This document shows, piece by piece, positions 38,288 to 46,755 of a DNA stretch of 52,973 nucleotides. The stretch is from a virus (Duplodnaviria; Caudoviricetes), in the IMG/VR virus record IMGVR_UViG_3300044576_000027, positions 1-52,973 of that record; one strand, given 5' to 3'. The position numbers and the translations under genes were made by a program. The notes beneath the pieces were generated by a model. That model was not told the DNA's origin. It was given only the letters and a program-made list of their open reading frames with translations, and did not search any database. Position 1 is the stretch's first letter. Each line of letters opens with the position of its first letter.

Positions 38288-38288
38288 A

Positions 38289-38945
38289 TTGAAAGAGGTT
38301 GCAGATAAATATGGAAAGCAAAACAAGAATCTTTTGCGAGATTTTAACAACATGGTTGCAGAATTGTCAGAGAAAAATTTTAACCAGCTCAGATTTGAGC
38401 CTGTTAAATATATTGACAAGAAAAACGAAGAAAGACCAACAGTGATGGTAGATTTTAAGACTCTTGTTTGGTTTGTAACCAAATTTGATCACAACCTCAG
38501 ATTAAAAGTTATTAATGAAGCTTTTGCTAAGCTAGAACAACAAAAAGAACAAGAAAAACTTGAAGCTGTAAAACAAGCTAAACTTCCAAAAGTATATGAC
38601 AATGGATATACTTCTGTTCGTGGTGCAATTAGTTCTCATTTTGAAGACATAAAAGATGATGTAAATGAAAGTGATGTTTGGGATGCTCTAGTCAGTCAAG
38701 AAGTAGTTGTAACAAGAGCAAAGGTAACAATTAAACGTGAACTGTCTGAATCATTTGATGGATTAGCTGGAACAGCAAAACATAATATGGCTGTATTTGA
38801 TCCACAATTAGTTAGAAACTGTTATGAAAAATGGATTGAAGCTGGTAAACCTATTAAATCAGAGTATGAAAGATTAATAGAAGAGTTTGAACAAATATCT
38901 GAGTACTACAAGGAAAAGATTGAGGAAGCTAAGAAAAAATTATAA
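38289..38945 (+). CDS. Rha-family regulator, N-terminally truncated (TTG start)
   Basis: LKEVADKYGK; C-terminus KPIKSEYERL..EFEQIS.YYKEKIEEAK shared with 8679-9410; no in-frame ATG upstream. Confidence 0.65.
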   Translation: MKEVADKYGKQNKNLLRDFNNMVAELSEKNFNQLRFEPVKYIDKKNEERPTVMVDFKTLVWFVTKFDHNLRLKVINEAFAKLEQQKEQEKLEAVKQAKLPKVYDNGYTSVRGAISSHFEDIKDDVNESDVWDALVSQEVVVTRAKVTIKRELSESFDGLAGTAKHNMAVFDPQLVRNCYEKWIEAGKPIKSEYERLIEEFEQISEYYKEKIEEAKKKL

Positions 38946-38956
38946 CTACCTCTCCA

Positions 38957-38993
38957 TCATTGGTTCTCATAATATCTAGAACCACAAAGATAA
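38957..38993 (+). repeat. cassette boundary direct repeat with inverted TGGTTC-N12-GAACCA
   Basis: 37 nt, two mismatches to 39907-39943. Confidence 0.8.
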
Positions 38994-39021
38994 GATTAAA
39001 CTACAATAAGGTATAATTCAT

Positions 39022-39122
39022 TTAAACAACTTTTATATGCTCAGTTATGAAGTTTTTGGCGAGGCTTTCTGCATGGCTGAGTATATGAAAGTTGTTTAAG
39101 TGAAAGCCTTGCCATCTTTCAC
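39022..39122 (+). ncRNA. two-hairpin leader with loop-loop complementarity
   Basis: Long stem; loop TGGCGAGGCTTTC pairs with GAAAGCCTTGCCA in the GTGAAAG/CTTTCAC hairpin; homologous to 8319-8416. Confidence 0.65.
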
Positions 39123-39180
39123 ACAAAAATAATCAACTTAAAATTTTAAAATCTTATTTGCTATAAATATAAGGATTATT

Positions 39181-39895
39181 ATGCAAAGCGATATTATCAA
39201 ATTAGATAACAATGGTGCTGCTTATGCAGTTGTAAAAGATATAGCTGAGTATTGTGAGGTAGATGTTAAAGCTACAAGACAATTGGTTTTAAATCATATT
39301 GATGAGTTCAATGATGTTACAAATAAGTTGCAAAATAAAATTGGTGGCATTTCAAATGGTGCTTCCAAAGATTCGTTTAAGGTTCCAGAATTGAAACTAA
39401 TTAAAAAAAGAGGAACATCAAGAGATGAAGTTGATTGGTCAAAAACAAAACTTTATCAACCTCACATAGAATTGTTGCTTATGATGATGAAAAAATACAA
39501 AGATAGTTAGAAGTCATAAAGTTGACGTTATTGTCGATCTATTTGCCTCAAAATTTGAACTAATACAAACAAAACTTGAAAATCAAAAACTACTAATTGA
39601 AAAACAAAATACTGAGTTAGTTTTACTTGAAAATAAAGTTAATCAACTTGAAACTGATAAATTTTATGATTGGGAAGAAGAGTACTCATCTGTATCAAGA
39701 TTTATCAAAGAAAATAAACTAAAGATTACATCTACTGAATTACTTGATAAACTTGAAGAAGCTAAGCAAATTGAAACTAAGCAAATTACTAGGATGGTTA
39801 GATTTTTAACAGAAGAATCTGATGGTAGAGTTTCAAAGAAAGGTACATTGTTGTTTAAGAATAGTTTACTCAAAAAATTATCTGACACTATCTAA
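39181..39895 (+). pseudogene. Rha-like regulator interrupted by a +1 frameshift in an A6 run
   Basis: Removing one A at 39490-39495 gives LLLMMMKNTKIVRSHK... and an open frame to TAA 39893-39895. Confidence 0.7.
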
Positions 39896-39906
39896 CTCAT
39901 TTTTAA

Positions 39907-39943
39907 TCATTGGTTCTCAAAATATCGAGAACCACAAAGATAA
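39907..39943 (+). repeat. cassette boundary direct repeat; TGCTATAAT promoter follows
   Basis: Copy of 38957-38993. Confidence 0.8.
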
Positions 39944-39983
39944 AACAAACTATGCTATAATAATATCAATCAAGGAGTAACAG

Positions 39984-40346
39984 ATGATAAATCCGGATAA
40001 AGAAGAAGGTTTACTTGAAGCAAGAAATTTAACTGCTGTAAAAAATATGAGTATTATGGAAAACTTAGTTGAACATTGGCATTTGGGTCCTAAAGTTGCT
40101 TATGATAATCAACAAAAAAATGATGAGTTTTGGGAGTCATTAGCTAAGGTAATGTTTGTAACTGTAGATGAAGCAAGGAGATACAGTTGTGCTAGTTGTA
40201 AATATGGAAACATTAGACCTGAATTTTTAAAAGAAATGGAACATATTCCATATAATGATCTAGACAAAGATGGTGGAATTAGAGTTTGGTGTGATAAATT
40301 TGATTTTATTTGTCATACTACTAGAGTTTGTCAAGCATATATCTAA
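39984..40346 (+). CDS. Cys-rich metal-binding hypothetical protein
   Basis: CASC...WCDKFDFICHTTRVC; AAGGAG SD. Confidence 0.7.
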   Translation: MINPDKEEGLLEARNLTAVKNMSIMENLVEHWHLGPKVAYDNQQKNDEFWESLAKVMFVTVDEARRYSCASCKYGNIRPEFLKEMEHIPYNDLDKDGGIRVWCDKFDFICHTTRVCQAYI

Positions 40347-40370
40347 GTTTTTGTTTTGTATAATAAATAT

Positions 40371-40461
40371 GTTACTGCTATCAATTTTTATTTCTCCTAT
40401 AAAAGTTTAGTCTCCTATAAGCAAAAAAAGATTTAGTTTTCATTGTATTGGTGGCAGTAAC
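40371..40461 (+). ncRNA. candidate sRNA with a double anti-Shine-Dalgarno loop
   Basis: TATAAT at 40359-40364; 15-bp terminal stem with G-U pairs; TCTCCTATAA twice in the loop. Confidence 0.55.
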
Positions 40462-40522
40462 GCCTTATTTCAAAAAAAATATGATAAAATATATAAAAAT
40501 AAAAACACTTTGGAGACAAAAT

Positions 40523-41137
40523 ATGGAAAACACAGATTTCAAATCAGAAGCACAACTTAGAGTTATGAATGAAGAAAAGCTAGTTGAATTACTAGAAAAA
40601 GACTTTGGTATTTCAACTCTTCCAACGCAACTTAAGAACGATAAGAAAAAAATGAGAGAAGTTTATTTAAAGTTGATTGACAATGGAGGAGATGATTCAT
40701 TTATTTACGATATTTATGATACAACTTTGAAAGAAGCACCTAAAGCAAATATCAACAAAAAAGAAACACTTGCTCAAAAGCGAAAACGATTAAAAAAAGA
40801 ATTGTTTGTTTTGTTTAATGTAACAATCCATGATAATAATCCAACTGAAACACTTGAAAACGACGAGCATGTTAGAGTTAGATTTGTATCTTGGGGTAAT
40901 GATGTTGTTGGTCACTATACAACAAAAGTTATTATGGATCATCCAGTATTTGTACATGAGGGAGCTTTGAGAAACTTAAGAGCAGTAACGTATAGAAAAA
41001 CTTCAACTAAAAAAGGTGAATCTGGTATTAGATATTCAAAGCCTCTTCCACGCTATACAATTACATACAACGAGGTAACACAAGAGTTTATTGACAATCT
41101 TGCTAAAAAACAAGCACTAGAAGAAATTAATGATTAA
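40523..41137 (+). CDS. N4 gp55-like virion protein
   Basis: Synteny; VTIHDNNP...VSWGNDVVG...LDNLAKKQ-like ending; ATG 40523 with GGAG SD. Confidence 0.6.
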   Translation: MENTDFKSEAQLRVMNEEKLVELLEKDFGISTLPTQLKNDKKKMREVYLKLIDNGGDDSFIYDIYDTTLKEAPKANINKKETLAQKRKRLKKELFVLFNVTIHDNNPTETLENDEHVRVRFVSWGNDVVGHYTTKVIMDHPVFVHEGALRNLRAVTYRKTSTKKGESGIRYSKPLPRYTITYNEVTQEFIDNLAKKQALEEIND

Positions 41138-41150
41138 TATGGAGTAATTT

Positions 41151-42377
41151 ATGCCTATAGTAACAAATCACTCAAATTCTGAAACGGATGTAACCATCAC
41201 TGGTGGTTCTGTTGTTGTTGATTCAACCTTTATAAATGATGTATTGACGCAGATAAAAAACTTAAAAAATGATGTACAACAGCTTAATACAGGAACTGAT
41301 TACAAGGAGATATATAACGACTCAACACTTGATAACGGTGGAATAGTTGGTGATTTGTTACATCTAATGAGAGTCCATATTAATGACTCGATAAGAAAAG
41401 GCGAGTTATCTAAAGATATGTCTGGTCAAGCTTATGTCGCAGCAATATCTGAAGCTGTACAAGCCTCAATACAGATATATACAGTTAAATCTGATTCAAG
41501 ATTTAAGTATTTAGAAAACAAACTTAAGCTATTTGATTCACTCATTGGTTCTTATACAAATCTTATGTCTATGAACCAGACAGAGATAGATGCTAAAATA
41601 AAAGAGTTTACGTTAAAAGAGCTTATGCCACTTGATAGGGAACTTAAAAAAGAAGATATTGAGTATAAACATAAGAGCCATTCTCTTCTTGATGAACAGA
41701 TTATAACTGAGCAAAAAAGACATGCTCAACAAGATGTTGATAAAAATATAGCATCGTACAATCTTTCAGATATGCTACCAACCGAAAAACTTCTAAAGGT
41801 TGAGCAAAAAAACGATCTTATAAAACGTGCAGCATTAACTCAAAAAGAGATAGATTTAAAGTCTTACGAATTGACGAATATTTATCCACAAAAACTACTT
41901 GAATCTACAGCAGTTAGACAGTTAAAAGAGAAGCAACTTGATTTTGAATCATATAAATTCACCAATATGCTACCATTGGAGAAAATTAAACTAACACATG
42001 AAGTTGCATTGTCTGATGCACAGGCATTATTGATGGGTGTAGAAAAAGATATAAAATTATATTATAAGACAGATATTCAACCAGAAGAGAAAAAACTTGC
42101 ACAGTCAAAAGCAAGAATTGAATCTATTAATGCAGCTCTTGGTGGAAATGTTATAGACTCGTTACCAGCAAAAAGAATGGCAGTCATTGATAAGCAATTA
42201 TTGGTTTATGATAAACAAATAGCACACTATGCAGATCAGAAAGATTTAGATCTATTAAAAATGATGACATCATATCAATCAATGATTTATCCAGACTTAA
42301 CTGGTACTAGCCAAGCTATATTTTCATTTGCAAATAGCACAAATGCATCTACTGTATTTAGTAGATTGAATAACTAA
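41151..42377 (+). CDS. N4 gp54-like structural protein
   Basis: GGIVGDLLHLMRVHI...KGEL pattern, coiled-coil repeats, synteny. Confidence 0.55.
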   Translation: MPIVTNHSNSETDVTITGGSVVVDSTFINDVLTQIKNLKNDVQQLNTGTDYKEIYNDSTLDNGGIVGDLLHLMRVHINDSIRKGELSKDMSGQAYVAAISEAVQASIQIYTVKSDSRFKYLENKLKLFDSLIGSYTNLMSMNQTEIDAKIKEFTLKELMPLDRELKKEDIEYKHKSHSLLDEQIITEQKRHAQQDVDKNIASYNLSDMLPTEKLLKVEQKNDLIKRAALTQKEIDLKSYELTNIYPQKLLESTAVRQLKEKQLDFESYKFTNMLPLEKIKLTHEVALSDAQALLMGVEKDIKLYYKTDIQPEEKKLAQSKARIESINAALGGNVIDSLPAKRMAVIDKQLLVYDKQIAHYADQKDLDLLKMMTSYQSMIYPDLTGTSQAIFSFANSTNASTVFSRLNN

Positions 42378-42398
42378 TTTTCTATTGGTGGTTCAAAG

Positions 42399-45077
42399 AT
42401 GGGTTTATTTGGTGGTTTATTTGAGTCTAGCTATGAGACACACGTAGGTTTCCAATATGTTGATCTTGGACAATCATCAGTTGATTCATACTATAAATTT
42501 AGAAGAGGATTATTGTTTGCATCAAATGGTAATGTTGATTTTTATCAAGAACAGATGTTCAAGTTTAAGCAAAATTATAGACATAAATATAGTCATAAAA
42601 GATTAAATTCATTAGGATTTGGTCCAGAAACAAAAACTATACCAAAAAATACATACAATGATTTTATTTCAACATCAAATATACCAAGCAATACAAAAGC
42701 CATAAATACAAACACAATATATTCTCCATTGCAGCATTCAAAATCATATTACTATTCAACATTCTCAGATGAAGATATGGCTGTAATATATGCAATAAAT
42801 AATATACCAGGAACCTACACAACATTATATAAAAGAGATAACAATGTTAATTTCTCTAATGTCCCAAATTACACAAATGATGGGAACCACACGTATCTAA
42901 GGTATGAAGTATCTGGTGGACACTCAATACTTAGAGATTCAAAAAACTTTATATATGAAGTTTCACTATATGGTGTAAAAAAATATGAAGTTACATCATA
43001 TACATATATATTGTATTCTGCATTATTAGTTTCTGGTGCAACATACTCATCTACAAATCAACAGGATGTAGTTAATTGGATTCAAGCAAATAAAGCTCCA
43101 AATGAATCGGCTGCTGTAAATGAAACATACATAACAGCTTATAACCCTGAGACAATAACAACTATTGGAAATGTTACATATACAATTCCAGATGAAGAGA
43201 TATATTATCATGTTAGAGCTTTATCCGATAGTGGTTCAAATTTCAATATTAAAATATTAGATATGTTTAATACAAGAGGATATTTACATGATGTTTCTCA
43301 ACCAACAGTTACACTTCAATTCGCACCACTAATACCATTAAAGGAGAATAATAGTTCTGTTTTAGAAGAGAAACGTAAAAAAGCATTAAAAGAGTTTTCG
43401 TTAGATGAGAAATCTATAAAACCATATATAAATAATGGAAATATAGATGACTTTTATTTAACATTATCAATAGCACCAGAAGATGCACTTAGAAGTAGAG
43501 AATTATCAAAATTATTATGGAATACATTAGATTCACTTGCTCCTTCAACTACAGATTTTCTTGGTGCAGAAGATAGATACACAATAGATATGTCAATCAA
43601 TACACTTAGTGCAAGTACATCTTTCAGCTTATCTCAAAATATAAAAACAGGAGTTCTTAGTTCAATTTATCCAAATATTAAAAAATGGAGAGTAGTTATA
43701 AAGCAAAATATAACGAACCAACAGAAATACTATAATGAAGTACTTTCAGTTTATAATAGTCTTGGATTTAGTGGACAAACAACAACTGCAGATATGTACG
43801 ATAGAATTTTTAATGACAAAATATATGTAGATGAAAATAATGGTACCTATGCAAAGGATTCACATCCATTAAGAGGTCAATTGCCAAGTAGAGATGCTAG
43901 AAACAATAGGAAACCAAAAAGATACTACTATATTTATTGTACTGAATCTGAAATACCATCAAAGGTTGATAGTTACCTTAGATATAAAGGTAATATTATA
44001 TCATCAATATTAAGCTACAACGAAATAAATGCAAATATAGAACTATCTAAGTATTATTCAACATCATCTACTGTTGAAACATTGACTTATGATTCAAATG
44101 GTTATCCAATTCTAACAGCATCTCCGAATGTTAGTGTTACTGTGATGAAGCAGATAACTCCAACAACTTACAAATCATACACAATATACAATGGAACAAC
44201 TACGTACAATCCAGTTTCATCTATTCCAGCAACAAAGGCATGGGATAGCTTAAATGGTTCCTTTAGAATTCCAGTAAAATTTGATGCACTTGAAGGAAAG
44301 CCATATTTCGAAACAATTGAACTGTACGACCATCTATCATGTGGTGTTATTTTTACAGAAGTAGTTGTTGAAATTAAGTGGTATCAAAAGGGATGGTTTA
44401 AAGTATTCATACAGATAGTTGCAGTAATAATAGCAGTTGTTATAACATACTTCTCTGCTGGTGCTGGAGCTGGAATAGGTGGTGCAATAATTGCAACAGC
44501 AGAAACAGCAGCAATTGTTTATGCAGTATCAGTAGTTGTTGAACAAATACTTATTGCTTTCGATATAGATCCAAAATATGCAAAATTAATATCAACAATA
44601 ATTATAGCAGCTTATACTGGATATGTTGATACGAATACTATTTTTAAAATAGCAAATGAAGCTTTAGAAATATATATGGAGAGTGAAACTGAGAAAATTC
44701 AAGATGACGCAAAAAGATTAAAAGAGGAATCAGATAATTTTTATAGAAAATATAATGATTTAAGAAAAGACCTTGAAGCATCAATAAATGGAACTCCACA
44801 ATCAAGGACAAAAGATGAAATAATTGCCAACATAATAAATAGAGATTTACTATATACTTCAGATGGAGATAGAATTTTTAATGATTCATCATCGTTGCAT
44901 ATTGAACCTGATTCTATTGACGAGTATGATGACAAAAGTTGGATGGTGCCACCTGTACCAAAGTTTTCATTGTATCCAACAAATACATTGCCTGAGAAAG
45001 GTCAAATAAAAGATATAAGAATAGAATTACCAAAAATAAACATATCACTTGGTATAATTGATAATACATTCATTTAA
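42399..45077 (+). CDS. N4 gp53-like virion membrane-spanning protein
   Basis: MGLFGG start; KWYQKGWFK followed by TM helices; about 890 aa. Confidence 0.65.
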   Translation: MGLFGGLFESSYETHVGFQYVDLGQSSVDSYYKFRRGLLFASNGNVDFYQEQMFKFKQNYRHKYSHKRLNSLGFGPETKTIPKNTYNDFISTSNIPSNTKAINTNTIYSPLQHSKSYYYSTFSDEDMAVIYAINNIPGTYTTLYKRDNNVNFSNVPNYTNDGNHTYLRYEVSGGHSILRDSKNFIYEVSLYGVKKYEVTSYTYILYSALLVSGATYSSTNQQDVVNWIQANKAPNESAAVNETYITAYNPETITTIGNVTYTIPDEEIYYHVRALSDSGSNFNIKILDMFNTRGYLHDVSQPTVTLQFAPLIPLKENNSSVLEEKRKKALKEFSLDEKSIKPYINNGNIDDFYLTLSIAPEDALRSRELSKLLWNTLDSLAPSTTDFLGAEDRYTIDMSINTLSASTSFSLSQNIKTGVLSSIYPNIKKWRVVIKQNITNQQKYYNEVLSVYNSLGFSGQTTTADMYDRIFNDKIYVDENNGTYAKDSHPLRGQLPSRDARNNRKPKRYYYIYCTESEIPSKVDSYLRYKGNIISSILSYNEINANIELSKYYSTSSTVETLTYDSNGYPILTASPNVSVTVMKQITPTTYKSYTIYNGTTTYNPVSSIPATKAWDSLNGSFRIPVKFDALEGKPYFETIELYDHLSCGVIFTEVVVEIKWYQKGWFKVFIQIVAVIIAVVITYFSAGAGAGIGGAIIATAETAAIVYAVSVVVEQILIAFDIDPKYAKLISTIIIAAYTGYVDTNTIFKIANEALEIYMESETEKIQDDAKRLKEESDNFYRKYNDLRKDLEASINGTPQSRTKDEIIANIINRDLLYTSDGDRIFNDSSSLHIEPDSIDEYDDKSWMVPPVPKFSLYPTNTLPEKGQIKDIRIELPKINISLGIIDNTFI

Positions 45078-45089
45078 AAGGAACAATAA

Positions 45090-45581
45090 ATGCAAGACAA
45101 TAATTATAGCTTCAGTGACTATCTAGATAAGAATTATAGTATAGCTGATGCGTATGGATATAGTGGTAACAAGTCATCTGATAATGGACTACTAGGTGGA
45201 CTATTTGGTGGTAAGACCAAATCTTCATCTGGTGGTTCTGGATTTGGTTTTAATTCTGGAACTTTAAGTACTGGACTCAATACATTGAAAATTGTAGGTG
45301 ATCTATGGCAAGGATATAACGCTATAAAAATCGGTAATGAGCAAAACAAGCTAAATAGAGAAGCTTTTGAATTTAACAAGAAATTGAGTACAGACAATTT
45401 CAATTTGGCAAAAGATTCTTATGATAGAAGAGTTAAACGTTCTGAAAATATTTCTAAACAATTCGCAAATGCATATCAAAATTATCGAAACGATCTGAAA
45501 ATTGCTAATGTAAATAACAATAAGCAAAATATTAGCAAGCCAAATAAAAATAATAGAGATAAAGGAGATATTTATGGCTAG
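45090..45581 (+). CDS. N4 gp52-like internal virion protein
   Basis: Gly-rich segment plus helical C-terminus; synteny. Confidence 0.55.
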   Translation: MQDNNYSFSDYLDKNYSIADAYGYSGNKSSDNGLLGGLFGGKTKSSSGGSGFGFNSGTLSTGLNTLKIVGDLWQGYNAIKIGNEQNKLNREAFEFNKKLSTDNFNLAKDSYDRRVKRSENISKQFANAYQNYRNDLKIANVNNNKQNISKPNKNNRDKGDIYG

Positions 45582-46659
45582 TGATGCATTTCAATGGAGA
45601 GGTGCTGGTCAGCAAATATCTGCACCTAGACTATCAAATTATGGTATCTTTACTGATGCTAGAAAACATATAGATCAATATCTGCAAGAGCAAGATAAAG
45701 CAAAGAAACTTGAAGAAGAGAGAGCTAGACAAGACAAGCTTATTGCTAATGATAGGGCTTTTAAAGAGCTAATGCAGAGAAAAAGATTTGGTCATGACGA
45801 ACAATTAAGGAGAGACAATCAAGCATTTCAAGAAAACATGTTTAATAAGAAATCTGATTTTGAAAAAGATTTGCAGAAACAAAAAATTGGTCATGACGAG
45901 CAGATGCAAAAAGATAGAATAAATGGTCAAATAACCCTAGAGAATCTAAGATATTCACATAGTTTGGGAGAGATTGGTGCTAGAGCGTCCAAACAGAAAG
46001 AAGTTGCTAGATATAAAGCTGGTCTAAATAAACCCATAAAAGGTGAAAAGGTTGGTGGTATTGATTTATCTAAACTTGTTAAATATGACGTTTTGGGAAC
46101 CACCAAGAAGAAGATAATTGACGAAAGTATTCCACTAGGCGATGATTACAAAAACAAAGTAAATGAGGCTAGTAAATATTTTGGTGATATTAAAAACTAC
46201 AAAGATAAGTTAAAAGAAAAAGGCTTATCCAATAGTGAACGTAAATCATTGGAAAGAAAAATAAGCCTAACAAAAGCAAATGCACTAAATTCAGATTCAC
46301 TAGAAGAGTACAAAAAGAAACTTGCTGATAAAATTAGGACTAGAGAAGTTGTTGTTCCGACAAAAACAAGATTGAATATTGAAGAGACTACAAAAAACTT
46401 TTCAAATTTATTTGTAAACAGCAACTTAAAAGGTCCACAGATAAAAGCAGCACAGGATTATTTAAAGAGACTATCTAAAGAGCAAGATGATACATACAGC
46501 AATACATTAGAGGCTACAAAAAAGGCTTTAGATTCAAACGTAAAGAATGCACAAAGTTACCATGATAGCCTAATTAAAAATGGAGTAGATCCTAAAACTG
46601 CTGAAAGTTCAACGAAAGAAAAATTTAAATCTGCTGCAAGATACGTACAGTTTTACTAA
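45574..46659 (+). CDS. N4 gp51-slot internal virion protein
   Basis: Charged coiled coil; synteny. Confidence 0.5.
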   Translation: MASDAFQWRGAGQQISAPRLSNYGIFTDARKHIDQYLQEQDKAKKLEEERARQDKLIANDRAFKELMQRKRFGHDEQLRRDNQAFQENMFNKKSDFEKDLQKQKIGHDEQMQKDRINGQITLENLRYSHSLGEIGARASKQKEVARYKAGLNKPIKGEKVGGIDLSKLVKYDVLGTTKKKIIDESIPLGDDYKNKVNEASKYFGDIKNYKDKLKEKGLSNSERKSLERKISLTKANALNSDSLEEYKKKLADKIRTREVVVPTKTRLNIEETTKNFSNLFVNSNLKGPQIKAAQDYLKRLSKEQDDTYSNTLEATKKALDSNVKNAQSYHDSLIKNGVDPKTAESSTKEKFKSAARYVQFY

Positions 46660-46755
46660 AAAATAACTATTCTCCGAACCACAAGGAGAATAGAATTACT
46701 CAAATAAATCAAAAAATGTTATAATTGTTAAAAACAAATATCAAGGAATATAAAT

